In this document: in pieces, positions 1 through 12,862 of the stretch
How positions within the stretch are numbered: position 1 is the first letter of the stretch
Layout of the letters: every line of letters starts with the position of its first letter
Assembly: GCA_002269645.1 (NCBI GenBank)
Contig: NIVC01001643.1
Location: forward strand, 1 to 64,000
Length of the DNA stretch: 64,000 nucleotides
Reading direction: 5' to 3'
Source: Macrostomum lignano
Lineage: Eukaryota
Notes under the pieces: model-generated
The model's input: only the letters and a program-made list of their open reading frames with translations
Database searches by the model: none
What the model was told of the DNA's origin: nothing
Program-made: the position numbers and the translations under genes

Positions 1-832
1 GACATCTGGCCAGCGAGAGTGAGCCATGGGCGCGATTCACATGGACCACTGTGAGATCTCTGGTATTGGGCTGCTCCTGCTGTTGTCGACTCCTATCAGG
101 TTGGCCTGAGGCGATTCAGGTGCCTGATCGATCTGCAGAAAGTGTACTGCGTGTTCTAAGAGCGGTTTTTGCGAGGAATGGAGTGCCTCAGACGCTGGTG
201 TTCGGACAATGCGCCGGAGTTTAAGTCGGAGAACTTCGCAGTGGCTGCGCAGCATTGTTGTCGTGAACTGCACACCCCGCCGTATCATCCCGCCTCGAAT
301 GGTCAAGCTGAGAGACTGGTGCGAATCATTAAGGATGGTCTCAGAGCGTGGACTAAGGTGGTGCCGTTCGACCATTTTCTGCCAAAAGCTGTTGCTGACG
401 ATAAGGACCAGCCGGCCAAGCGGCAATCGCGCAGCCTCTCCAGACATCCTCATGTGGGGCCGTCGGCTTCGACACCCGCTGACAATGACGGAGCAAGCTG
501 GCGATCCAATCTGGCTGAGGATGCGACCTGGAACTCCTCCGGTGCCAGCCAAGTTCGTGGTGCAGCACGGCCTGAACACGGCGCTGGTCACTCCGGCCAA
601 TCAGCCTGGCGGTGGTCTGCGGCTGGCGCACTCAAATCAGGGACCGGCCGGCCGGACTCTCCTAAGCGGCTTGAGACACCTGAACCGATGTGCGCTGACA
701 GACCCGGTGGTTGCCGTGTTGAAGACGACCGCGCGGCTCGACCTGGAGCGTCAGGAGCCCGGAAACATTTGCCACCGGGAGCCGTACGAGTTTCGCCCTC
801 GGCAGCCTGTTTGCTACAAGACTGATGAGTGA
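1..832 (+). mobile_element. Degenerate Ty3/gypsy LTR-retrotransposon integrase fragment (frameshifted)
   Basis: ORF 169..825 begins with rve-core motifs SDNAPEFKSENF and TPPYHPASNGQAERLVRIIK. The continuation LLLTIRTSRPSG...SPDILMWGRRLRHPL and the typical tail YEFRPRQPVCYKTDE* lie in frame 209..832, so a frameshift is required. Confidence 0.85.
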
Positions 833-1027
833 AATTGACTGTGGGGATTTCAAGTGACTGTCTTTGAATTTTGTTTGCTTTTGTGGGAGCAGTGTTAGGC
901 TTGGGCGGGGCTTCGCACTGTTTATTATTTGATTGCTTATTTCACTGGTGCTTGTACTTTTGTTCAGTCTGAGTGTACGTATCAAGTTATTATTGTCATC
1001 GTGCTCTGATGTGCAGTGCGGTGAGTT

Positions 1028-1333
1028 TTAGTCCTGGGTTGGGGGGTTGTCGCGGGTTCGTGCTTTATCGTTGATAATAAATAGTTTCGCACGGAGCATT
1101 GGCTCAGAGCTATCGTTTTCTCGTCTCAAAGCAATTGCTCGCCTTAGCTTGTCATTTCTAACAACACTTGTCCCCCGTTGGCCCCGGCAACGGCCCCCGT
1201 TGTGCATGCCAGTTGAAATTGTTAAACGTGATCGGCCAAATTGGCGAGCAACTGCGCTGATGGATGCACCAGCTTCTAGCATGCCAACAGCGCGCCATCG
1301 TTCAGCGTCTGTCATATGCCTGACCATTGTCAC
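1028..1333 (-). mobile_element. Tc1/mariner-like transposase N-terminal (paired-type HTH) relic
   Basis: MVRHMTDAERWRAVGMLEAGASISAVARQFGRSRLTIS matches the Tc1/Tc3 N-terminal HTH pattern. The sequence degrades afterwards and no DDE domain is seen. Confidence 0.7.
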
Positions 1334-1729
1334 GTGTACTGTTGCACCCCCAACCCCAACCCCAGTCCCTTTTGTACTCTCACCCTAGAATTCACTCACA
1401 CCCAGCTTTAGCCACGCCGTGGCGCATGTTACGTCACTTGCAGTTGAGGTGAGAGAGAAGTCGCCTCTCTCGGTAGGGTGGCGGTTTTGACTGTTGCTGA
1501 GTGTATTTGACACGAGAGATTCAATCTGATAACAGCAGTATGTAAGATCGACATAAAGATACAAATTACAATTGTTTTTAGAAAAAATAATTCAGCATTT
1601 ATCGTTATTTGTTTTAATGCAGTCAAATTGAACTTGGAAACAACAGTTAACTATCTGAATATTAAATCGTATAGTTTAGTAAGTACTTGTGAGTAAAAAT
1701 GCAAAACCAAACCTTGTCTTGTTAGTATA

Positions 1730-2623
1730 CAAGCTGTTGAAACCCGCGGATTTTGAACCGGGGAATTCCAATCCCCGGAACTACTTTTGCATGTATTCTG
1801 AAATCTAAGGTCATACACAAACAAAAACTTGTTAATAGTTAGTAGGATAGAGGTAGACATAAAATGAACACATTAGTGTTTTGATTTGAAGCAAACATTG
1901 ATATTGTTGGCTGGGTTATTTCACAGAATGTAAGGCAATGTCTGTCTGACTCTAAAACATGTATTGGCAAACTCTGGCCTCTCCCTGACTCTCCCTATGT
2001 CCCTTGGATCCTTTAAAATTTCTATCGTTTCTTCTGTTTCCTCTCTTCTCTCTCGTCCCTCGTCTCTCCTCTCTTCTCTCATATCTTCCCTCATCTCTCT
2101 TCTCTTTCATCTCTCTTATCTCTTCTCTCTTCTCTCCTCTCTCCTGTCTCCTCTCTACTTTTCGTTTTCTCTCTCCTCTCCTCTCTCCTCTCTACTCTTT
2201 CGTTTTCTCTCTCCTCTCCTCTCTCCTATCTTCTTTCGTATCTTCCCTCATCTCTCTTCTCTTTCATATCTCTTATCTCATCTCTTCCCTTTTCTTTTCT
2301 CTCTCCTCTCCTCTCTCTCTCTACTTTTTCGTTTTCTCTCTTCTCCTCTCTCTCCTCTCTCTCTTCTCTCGTCTCTTCCTTCTCCTCTCTATTCTTTTCT
2401 CTCTTCTCTTAACTCTCTCCTCTCTCCTCTTTCCTCTCTCTCTCCTCTCTCCCCTCTTCTCTCACCTCTTTCCTCTCATCTCTTTTCTTGTTTTATATCT
2501 TCTCTCTCCCCTCGTCACTCGTCTCTTCCCTCACCTCTCTTCTCTCTTGTCTGCGTTTTTATCTCTCCTTTCTCTTCTTTTATCTTTTCTCTCTTATCTC
2601 TTCTAGTTTCTCTCTGCTCTGCG

Positions 2624-2673
<50 letters not shown>

Positions 2674-4857
2674 TCTCCTCTCCCATCTCTCTTCTCCTCT
2701 CTACTCTCTCCCCTCTTCACTCTCCTATTTCCTCTTCTCTCTCCCTGTCTCTCCTCTCTCCTCTAGTCACTGTAATCTTTTCTCTCTTATCTCTCTTCTG
2801 TTCTCTCTACTCTCCCATCTCTCGTCTGTTCACCCTCATCTCTGCTCTCTCATCTGTCATCTTTACTCTCTCATACGTTCTCTCACTTATCTCCTCTGTA
2901 CTCTTCTCTTTCACCTCTTCTGACTCCTCTCTTTCCTTACTCCTCTCTTCTTTTCTCTTCCCTCTTCTATACTCTCTCTCCTCTATTATCTTCTCTCGTC
3001 TCTCTGCACTCTCCTCTCACCTTTTTCATCTCTCATCTTTACTCTCTCATCTCTCCTTTCATTTGTCTCATCTCTACAATCTCATCTCTCCTTTCTCCCC
3101 TCTTCTTACACCCCTCTCTTATCTCTATCTCTTCTCTTCTCACTCCTCTCTCCCCCTCTTATCTCCTCTCTTCTATATCCTTTCTACTCTCTCCTCTCCT
3201 CTTGACCCTCTGTCATCTTCTTTCTGCTCTCTCATCTCTACTCTCTTCTCACTCTTCTCTACTCTCCTCTCATCGATCCTCTGTCTCATCTCTCCCCTCT
3301 TCTCAGCTTTACTCTTTCCTCTCCCTCCTTTCTCCCCTCCTCTCGCTTCTTCCTCCCTTCTTCTCTGCTCTCTCCTCACCACTTGTCTCTCCTCTTATCT
3401 TCCATGTTTTCTCTTATCCCCGTCTCGCCTCTCCTCTCTTCTAATAGTCTACTCCTTCTCCTTTCCACTCTCATCTGGCCCGCACATAAGCTGGATTTTT
3501 TATCTGGCTTTTGAAGTAAAAGTCTGCCGATCCCTGCTTCGAAAGCCAGTTTGTGGGACGTACTACTCTCATCGTTATTCTCATGCTTTGATCACGTCAT
3601 CTTTCTTGCCAATTTGCAGCCCTAAAAGGAATTTGTGTATCTTCAGCTCCACTGCAGTCTGCATCAGTCTAACAACCAAGGAAATACGCATTTCTTAGGC
3701 CATTTAAATTTCAAAGTACTTTTAAGAGAAACTTAAAATTTCCATGGTGTGCCTAATTTAGTAGGGTTGTATTTCATTGCATCGCATCGCCTTTTCATAA
3801 ATATTTCGCTTTTACAAACCATGCTGGATTGCCTCGATTTGCCAATTGCCATCCACTGTTAAACTGCTGCAGAGTTTGCCAATACAGAAGAGGGGAGGGC
3901 AGTGGTTAGAATTTCTCACTAAACTGTTATGGCTAAACGTAGCCTCTCCACTTGCGAGAAGGCTATAAATAAAGTTATTCCAAAACACTGTACATTTGCT
4001 ATGTACATTCAGTCCTATCGCCTGACCCTTCGTCTGGCTCTGGGGGAATGAGTGGAGTGAGTGAGTGGCAGAAACAACAGAAAAAGCAGACAAACTTCAC
4101 ATGCTTACAGTTTCTTTTTCGGTTGAGTTACAGAGTTGAAACTTTACATTTAGATAGAGAATGAGTCAATGAAGAATTGTGTCAAGTTTGAAGTCAATCG
4201 ATTTATTTGGAGCAAACTTATGGCAGCTGAAAGTTAGTTAATTTTGAAACCCTTTTACACATCTGGGCCCAGATCGGGATCGAGAAAGAGAGGCAGGCGG
4301 GCGGAGATTGGGGTGGTTGCTACGCTGAAAAAAGCAGCCTAACTTTAAAAGTGCACAGCGCCGTTCAGGATTAACTTTGAAACTCGAAATTTTACATGAT
4401 TGTTCCAAAATAGTTAAAGATTATCTGTGTCAAATTTGAAGAGAATCGGTAGAAGTGGAGCGGCGCTAAGGAGGCTTTAGTAAAAAAATCGCGCATTTTG
4501 AGCAGTTTTTTGCACTTTTAGGTAGGAAGACTCAAATTTAGGAAATTGAAAGGTAGCCTAAGACATTCTCCGTAGTGAGTTTAGGGTGGGTGTAAAATTT
4601 GGTGTCATTTGGTTGAGCGGTTTGGGAGTCCATAGCGATCAAAAATGTCCACACACACACACAGACACACACACAGACACACAGAGTTTTGATTTTTATA
4701 TGTAGAAAAAGCCTAAAGCCTGCTCCGGAAAATTTGCAGTTTTCCCATATAAGTTTCGACGTTGACTTGGCAGAATTGTAGGAGTTCACTTGCTACATAC
4801 AGACAGACAGACATACAGACAGACAAACATCGCGTCGGTTTTAGTATTAGGAGAAGA
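1730..4857 (-). mobile_element. Non-autonomous Helitron-like element, copy A (with a second internal 5' end at 4706)
   Basis: On the minus strand: 5' TC at 4857 (TCTTCTCCTAATACTAAAACC, then TCTG microsatellite) and an inner 5' end TCTACATATAAAAATC at 4706. The 3' end has a GC-rich hairpin region (CCCCGGTTCAAAATCCGCGGGTTTCAACAG) ending CTTG followed by T at 1729. The interior is CT-rich and shares blocks with 4858-7969. Confidence 0.7.
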
Positions 4858-7800
4858 CAAGCTGTTGAAACCCGCGGATTTTGAACCCGGGGAACTCCAT
4901 TCCCTGGATTTTTTTGCATGTATTCTAAAATCTGAGGTCAAACTCAAACAAAAACTTGTTAATAGTTAGGATTAGAGTTAAATAGTGTACATTCATGTAA
5001 AATTAGGATTGGAGGCAAACATTGCTATTGTTGGCTGGGGTGCTGCGCAGAATGTCAGGCAAACTCTGGCCTCTACCTCTGCCTCTCCCTATGTCCTTTG
5101 CATCCTTTGAAACTTCCATCTTCTTTTCTGTTTCCTATCTTCTCTCTTGTCTCTTCTCTCTCTCTCTCCTCTTATCTCTTCTTTCTTCTCTCCTCTGTCC
5201 TCTCTCCTCTCTCGTCTCTTCTCTCGTCTCTTCCATCTCCCCTCTATTCTTTTCTCTCTCTTCTCCTCTTTTCTCTCTGGTCTCTGGTCTCTCATATCTC
5301 CTTTCTCCTCTTTTATCTCTTCTTGTTTCCCTCTGCTCTCTGCTCTCTCTTTCCTCACCTCTCTTCTCACTCCTTACTATACCCTCTCTTAACTTTTTCC
5401 TTATCTCTACTCTCTCCTTTTTCCTCTCTTCTCTCAACTCTCTCCTCTCATGTCTTCTATCCCTCACCTCCTTTCTCTCTCGTCTTTGCTATCTTATCTC
5501 TCATTTTTCTTCTTTTATCTTCTCTCTCCTCTCCCCCCTCTCTCCTCTCATCTCTCTGCTATCTCCTGTCCTATCTCTCTTCTCTCTAATCTCTCCCCTC
5601 TTTCCTCTCCTCTCTCGTCCTTTTCACCAATTTCCCCTGTCCTCTCGATTCTCTCCCTTCCCCTCCTCTCTCCTCACTCACTTCTCATTTCCCCCCTGTC
5701 TGCACCTCTCATCTCTTATTTCTTATCTCTCCTCTTTTCTCTCTACTCTCCCATCTCTCGTCTGTTCTGATCTCTCATCTCCCCTCTCTGTTCTGTCATC
5801 TTTACTCTCATATGTTCTCTCACCTCTCTCCACTTGTACTCCTCTCTTTCCCCTTTTTTGACTCAGGAGGACTCGATCCTTTCTTCTTTCTTCTTGTTTC
5901 TTCACTTCTCTCTTCTATACTCTCTCCCTCTCTTGTCTTCTCTCTTCTTTCTCACTCTCCTCTCTCCTCTCTTATATCGTCTGTTCACTCTCATCTTCGC
6001 TCTATCATTCCCCTCTCTCTTCTGTCATCTCTACTCTCCTCTCTACTGTGTACTCTTCTCTTTCCCCTCTTCTGACACCCCTCTTTCCTTACTCCTCTCT
6101 TCTCTTCCCTCTTCTATACTCTCTCCCCTCTATTCTCTTCTCTCGTCTCTCTGCACTCTGTTCTCTCTTCCTTCATCTCTTATCTCGACTCTCTCGATCA
6201 TCTTTTTTTCATCTCTCTCATCTCCACGATCTCATCTCTTTCCTCTCTCCTCCTCTTCCCTTTACTCTATCATCTCTCCTTTCTCCTCTCTTCTTTCTCA
6301 ACTCTCTCTCTTATCTCTTATATCTTATATCTTATCTCAGCTTCTCACTCTTCCCTCTCTCATCTCTTATCTCCTCTTCTCACTCCTCTCTCTCCCCTCT
6401 ATCCCCCTCTTATATCCTCTCTTCTCTATCCTTTCTAATCTCTCCTCTCGATCCTCTCTCATCTGCCTCTCTGTTCTCTCATCTCTCATCTCTTCTCACT
6501 CTTCTCTACTCTCCTCTCTCATTGATCCTCTGTCTCATCTCTCCCCTCTTCTCTCTCCATCTTCTCACCTCTAATTCCATCTCCCTTCTCTCTTCCCTCC
6601 TCTCGCTTCTTCCTCCCGACTCCCATATTCTCTGCTCTGCCGCTGCCCTCGACCCCTCTCGTCTCTCCTGATATCTTTTATCTATTCTCTTATCCCCTCT
6701 CGCCCCTCCTCCCTTTCTAATAGTCTATTCCTTTTCCTTTTCACTCTCATCTGCCCCGCAGCCATAAGCTTGATTCTTTATCTGGCCTTTGAGATAAAAA
6801 TCTGCCGATCCCTGCTTCGAAAGCCAGTTTGTGGGACGTAGTACTATCATGGTTGTTATAATTTCTCGTGCTCTTTCTGGCCAATTAGCAGTCCTGAGAG
6901 GAATTTGTGTATCTCCATTCTCTAGCTCCACCACCACAGTCTGCAGCAGTCTAACAACCAAGGAAATACGCATTTCTTAGGAGGTTATTTAAATTTTCAA
7001 GTACCTTATTCGTATCTTAATTTTAAAATTTTCATGGTGTAAGCAATTTAGTAGGATTGCATTGTAATCAGTTCATTGTAATCATTAATTTTTCGCTATT
7101 TTTACAAACCATCCCACATCGCCTTGATTTGCCATCCTTGTTTAACTCCTGCAGACTTGTCTTATACAGGAGTGAGGACAGTGGTTGAATCTCTCGCTAA
7201 ACTCTCTCCTCTCCACGCCTCTCCACTCGCGGGGGTACAGAGAAGGCTATTAAAAAGTTATTCCAAAACACTGTACATTCGCTATGTACATTGAGCCCTA
7301 TCGCCTGACCCTTCGTCTGGCTCTGGGGGAATGAGTGGAGTGAGTGAGTGGCACAAACAACAGAAAAAGCAGACAAACTTCACATGCTTACAGTTTCTTT
7401 TTCGGTTGAGTTACAGAGTTGAAACTTTACATTTAGATAGAGAATGAGTCAATGAAGAATTGTGTCAAGTTTAAAGTCAATCGCTTTACGTGGAGCAAAC
7501 TTATGGCAGCTGAAAGCTAGTCAATTTTGAAACCATTTTACACATCTGGGCTCAGATCGGTATCGGGAAAGAGAGGCAGGCGGGCGGAGGTTGGGGTGGT
7601 TGCTACGCTGAAAAAAAGAGCCTAACTTTAAAAGTGCACAGCGCCGTTCAGGATTAACTTTGAAACTCGAAATTTTACATGATTGTTCCAAAATAGTTTA
7701 AGATTATCTGTGTCAAATTTGAAGAGAATCGGTAGAAGTGGAGCGGCGCTAAGGAGGCTTTAGTAAAAAAATCGCGCATTTTGAGCAGTTTTTTGCACTT

Positions 7801-7969
7801 TTAGGTAGGAAGACTCAAATTTAGGAAATTGAAAGGTAGCCTAAGACATTCTCCGTAGTGAGTTTAGGGTGGGTGTAAAATTTGGTGTCATTTGGTTGAG
7901 CGGTTTGGGAGTCCATAGCGATCAAAATTGTCCACACACAGACAGAGTTTTGACTTTTATAGGTAGAGA
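4858..7969 (-). mobile_element. Non-autonomous Helitron-like element, copy B, fused head-to-tail to copy A
   Basis: On the minus strand: A|TCTCTACCTATAAAAGTC at 7969 (5' TC after A). The 3' end ...CCGCGGGTTTCAACAGCTTG at 4858 directly abuts the TC of copy A. Blocks 6745-6840 and 7255-7945 are near-identical to 3470-3565 and 3975-4660. Confidence 0.75.
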
Positions 7970-8480
7970 TTGTTCAAAACTATGTTATAAATTTATCAAT
8001 ATCTATGGTAGCAATATACATGCCCATTTTACATCTAAGTGAAAAATAAAATATTTAAAACAGATTTACATAGTATATTAGAAAAACAAGTATTTCTTAT
8101 CTAATTTCTTGACTGTACATTCTAACAAGTCACATCGCCCGTGCACCAACCCCCATTTTGGGGTCCTACTAAATGTACGCATGTATGTATATATTCCAAT
8201 GTGTGACTTTTCAATACGTTTGTGGCACACTGGGGTGGGTTGGGGTGCTGACGTAGTGACAGTTCTCTCAAGGTCATTTGGTAATCACGACACTAGCTCG
8301 TGGTTTTTTACACCTGCATCTTTCCCGCCGAGGAGGCCAAGTGCGTGATTAAAAAAGGACCGGCTCGTCTAGAGAGAATCCGCCTTCAATTAACAAAAGC
8401 GAACAATAAACGGGATTAGAAAAAAGTTTCACTCGATCGTGAGTCGTGAAAAGCGAAATAGAATTACAATAATCGATTGT

Positions 8481-10864
8481 TTAAGCTTGAGAAGTGTTAG
8501 CTTGTTGCTGTTGTTGCAGCTGCGGAGCTGGCTGCGACGGCGGAGGCGGTGGCTCCACGGAGTTCTGTCTCAACTTTCGTACAGCCGACTTGGTTCGTCT
8601 TGCGCCAGAAGTTGAAGGTGCCTCAGTAGCAGCACCGTTCGGTGCTGAGTTAGCGGTTGCAGCTGCTCCAGCTGCTCTGCCACTGGTAGAAGCGGCTGTT
8701 TGGGGTCTGCGAAGTTGAAGCATCGAAGGCGGCAGCTGCGGCGGCGGTTGCTTCGACGTCTGCTTGGCTGCAGCAGCGGCGGCGGCGGCGGCGGCAGCAG
8801 CAGCAGCACGTCGTTCTTCCCGACGTCGTCTATGATGTCTTTTCGGCTGGGGCTGCTGCTGTTGCTGCTGAGCAGCCGGCGGCGGAAGAGGGTCCAACTG
8901 ACGAGCAAACCGAACTGCTTTTCTCTGCTGCTGCTGCTGCTGCTGTTTGTTGGCATCTTCAATGGCTACATCGCAGCGAACCGGTTGCGGACTGTTGGCC
9001 AACTGCTGGTGCAAGCCGTCCTTTGTGGCGAACAGCACGGGCGCCGATGTCAACAGCTTGGCTTTGCGTGCCTGCGGATTGATATTGGCTTCCTGCGAAT
9101 TTCTAGCTTGACTTGCCGAAGCAGAAGACGCGCTGGCAGCTGGATTGTTCGGCTGCCTCTGACGCTGCTGCTGGCTAGGTTGAGGCTTCTGCTGCTGGTC
9201 ACCTCTACTGCTGTTCACAGCGGCTGCCTTGCCGCCGTTACAGACGGCTCCGTTGTTAGAGCCGCTAGATCGGAACACCGCGTTGATCATTCCGACAAGT
9301 TTTCGTCGAACATCGGGCCGCAGCAGCAGCACTAGTGCTGGCACGGCCGGGCCGTAGGTGAACCGCAGTGTTAAAAATGCGGTCTCTAACGCTTCGGCCA
9401 GGGTTGAGTCGGCTACCGGTGCGTTGCCACTAGTAGCGGGGACTACAGGCACGGTGGTGGCGGACGAGGCCACTTTGACTCGGTCTGCTGAAATTAAAAC
9501 GATGTAGGGACCAACTAGGAGAAGCCAGGCGGCCGTCAACCAGCCAGTCTGCGCAGTTAGCGGCCCAGTTGTCGACGAGATCAAGGAGTTCTGGCGGCTT
9601 AGTCTCTGATGGCGTCGCATCTGAAGGTTGAGGAGAAAATTGGTTATAAGGTTCCGTGTACGGCTTGGGCCATGCTGGAAATGGAAAATCAATGGGCATC
9701 ATGGCAGTGCTTGCTCGTGCACAGGGGTCAGTGAGAACGGGCATGGCTGCTTGCCTCCTCGCTGCCCGCACAGCAATCCGACGTAGCTGACAAATATGTA
9801 CTTTTATATTACATCGACGGATAACGACGGCATATAACAACGTCGGATTGATGCCTCGTCCTTGATTTAAGGCTGTGCCCAGAGCCCCCTTCAAAAAAAC
9901 TAAATGCTTCTCAGTATCTTATTAGACAGGCTTATACCACAGCACAGTTCAAACCCGTGATTACCTCAGGGATCCGACCAGACCCATTTGAAGTTCCATT
10001 AGTCATCCCCGGTGCAGCAATACCGCCAGCTGCAGTAGCCGCAGACGTCGTCGTGGAAGCAACGCCAATCCCGGAGGACGCCGCCGACACGCCAGACGCC
10101 GATGCCAGAGCCAGATGCGACGCTGAAGTTGTTGAGTTCGACGTCCCAGAAAACGACGAGGAATTAGTTGACGAGTTAACGACAAGTCGGAGCGAGAAGA
10201 GCAGGACAAGAGCGATGCTGAGCACTGGCAAGATGAAGCCGAGGCAAAGAACTGCGGCTGCGTAGGCCAGAGCCGTTCCCGGCGCGGGGCTGCAGGTCAG
10301 CCTGCCGGGGTAGAAGGCAGCCGGCACCGAGCTGGACGATGCCCAGGCCGGCAGGCTGATCGCTAGAGCTGCCAGCCACACGGCGGCCCCAGCTAGGGAG
10401 ACGGCAGCGACGCGGCACCGTCTCCGGTGGCTATCGGGGTCCGCCACGGCCCACAGACGGTCGCTGGCGAGACACAGCAGGCAGAACAGCGGCAGGTTGT
10501 CGCCAAACAGCAGCGTGAACGCCGTGAACTGACAGGCCGCCTGCGACCAGGGCGCCTGACGCTGCCGAGACATGGTCGCTGACACGGACGCTCCAATCGC
10601 GACGGTGCAGTTGCACAGCAAGTCGAACAGATTGGCTACGCATGCGTTGCTAAGCAACCGATTCGCCGAACGACGTCGCAGGGTTCGACTATAGATCAGG
10701 GTGGCCAACACCAGGCTGTTTCCGGCAAATGAAACGAGAAGTATGAGCGACAGGACGCCGGTTCGAATGGCTACAACGGCTGTGCTGGCGCCTTCGCTGT
10801 CGCCAAGCAACGCTATCGGCGAGTCAGTCAGCAGTTCTCCAGAGTCCGTTTCATTCTCTGCCAT
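8481..10864 (-). CDS. Orphan class A (rhodopsin-like) GPCR, GPR161-like; 2 exons (9965..10864, 8481..9620), ~679 aa
   Basis: TM1 GN (FAGNSLV), TM3 Cys and ASDRLWAV (DRY-like), TM4 W, ECL2 Cys, TM5 LGFILP. A phase-0 intron has donor GAG|GTAATC at 9964 and acceptor TTCAG|ATG at 9621. Exon 2 supplies TM6 (LVGPYIVLI), TM7 (LETAFLTLRFTYGPAVP), helix 8 (DVRRKLVGM) and a long Q/A-rich tail. GPY and LET...VRxxLxGM resemble GPR161 as recalled. Confidence 0.85.
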
Positions 10865-11874
10865 GTCGCATCAACTTCGATTGCGCAGGACAGACAAACA
10901 CTACAGCCGTGTATTGTTTTATCTCGGCTGGTATGCGGCAGAACAAGCACAGTGTAGTCAGGGCCCTGAGTAGAAAATGCCATTTAAGTGCAGTTTTGAG
11001 ACGAGAGAGAATTAGGGACAGAAAAGTTTTGAACGTTCTATCCACTCCAACCATTGTTCTACCGATTCCCTACGTCTCTCTCCCCTCTCTGCCCTCAGTC
11101 CGCATCCCTGTCTATTTTCTCCCTCATCGCCTACCCTTCAGAGAGCTGCCAGCAGGTTGCTGAGTGCCCTTGTACTTGTAGTGCGCGTACAACTAATCCC
11201 AGATATTGTTTCAGAGCTAATCCAACAAAATTCGTTTCATCTCGTCTCGTCTCGTCTCTCGCTCTCTCTAACTACAAGCGCGTGTACAATGGCATTCATG
11301 CCGCGGCCTGAGACCTCGCTGCCAGTCTCTCTCTCTCTCTCTCGCTCTTCATCCCTCCATTGTCCCTGGCTGAAACAACGGGTGAAGCGGTAGTGGGGAG
11401 GTACTACACCGCATCAACTGTAGCAGTTTCTTCCTACCTGGGACAGACTCGGGGGCTACTGTTCAAGCTTCAATGCTGATGCAAAACCTTCCGTCAGCTG
11501 CTCTAACTCAAATTACATTTGTATGGCGATATGCAAGGAAGCCCATTCCGCCTTGCTAAACCTCCTGTAATCTTGCTATCTCTCTGACGACCTGCAGTTC
11601 AATGACAGCTAGCTGAGTAGAAAGTGAATAGCTGCATTCAAAATTCCGCAAGTACGTACGGTTTGTGAAAAAAACTGGGCTGCCCCTAACGACGCCCAGC
11701 AACTGGGGATTAACGCGATTAGTGAGGATGTATACTTTTGCGATCTGGGATTGTCTTGCATACTAAATTTTTATTTTCATTTCACGGCTTCATGAAAGGC
11801 TTCATGACAATGTTTTTGTAATTTTTTAATTGAATTGAGCAATCCATGATTCTAGATTTTTCAATAAGACCCAG

Positions 11875-12183
11875 TCCCCATTCCTCATTCCCCATCCACT
11901 GATTCCCCATTCTCTATTCCCCATTCCCCATTTCCCATTCCCCTATTCCCCATTCGCCCATTCCCCATTCCCCATTCTCCATTCCCTATCCACCGATTCC
12001 CCATTCCCCATTCCCCATTCCCCATCCCCCAATCCCTATCCACCGATTCCCGATTCCCGATTCCCCATTCCCCATCCCACATTCCCCAATCCCCCATTCC
12101 CTATTCCCCGATTCCCAATTCCCCAATTCCCAATTCCTCAATTCCCCATTCCTCATTCCTCATTCCCATTCCCCATTCCCCAT
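11875..12183. repeat. (CCCCATT)n-like degenerate microsatellite
   Basis: Repeated ccccatt/tcccc units are visible directly. Confidence 0.9.
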
Positions 12184-12569
12184 TCATTTCTTTGTTTGCC
12201 TCAACTAAATTTCTAATTAATTTCCCCTTGCCAAACTTTAAACGCAATTTTCGGTGACGCAGACCAGCGAGTTTCGCAGATTTATTTGATAAATTTTTGT
12301 GCAATTAAACCAGATTTATAGGCAAACGAACGACTCCTACTACTAGTAAAAAACATCAGCTAAATAGCCAACTACGATCGGCACTGATTTCTAAAACAAA
12401 TCCTGTAATTTCAGATAAGTAGTGGCTTCATTCTACAGATACTAAGGAATGTTGATGTTGTGTTGGTCATTGAGCATGGAAATTTATAAATCTGTCGGCA
12501 TGGCTTAATTTTTACCTGCGGGGAAGGGAGAGTGAAGAGACAGAATAGTTGGAGTAAGGATATACGGTT

Positions 12570-12745
12570 AGAGCGGAGAGAGGGGTAGATCGTAGAGAGA
12601 GGGGTAGAGGGCGGAGAGAGGGGTAGAGGGCGGAGAGAGGGGTAGAGGGCGGAGAGAGGGGTAGAGGGCGGAGAGATGGGTAGAGGGCGGAGAGAGGGGT
12701 AGAGGGCGGAGAGAGGGGTAGAGGGCGGAGAGAGGGGTAGAGGCC
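12570..12745. repeat. 19-bp minisatellite (GAGAGGGGTAGAGGGCGGA), ~9 copies, just 3' of the tll stop codon
   Basis: Direct tandem repeat visible. Confidence 0.9.
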
Positions 12746-12862
12746 AGGAATCTAACGGTGTCCTTAGAAACAAAAAGCCAACAGAATTGTAATTCTGCAG
12801 TAAAGCAGTTAGCAACAACTACAAAAAGAAGTTTCATTAGCGAGGCAGCCCGGGGCAGCCGG

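Noticed and set aside
1964-6671. Long L/S/F/P-rich ORFs (e.g. 1964..2923, 5022..5861, 5834..6574)
   Set aside because: These are artefacts of CT-rich sequence lacking stop codons; they are open in several frames and have no domain motifs.
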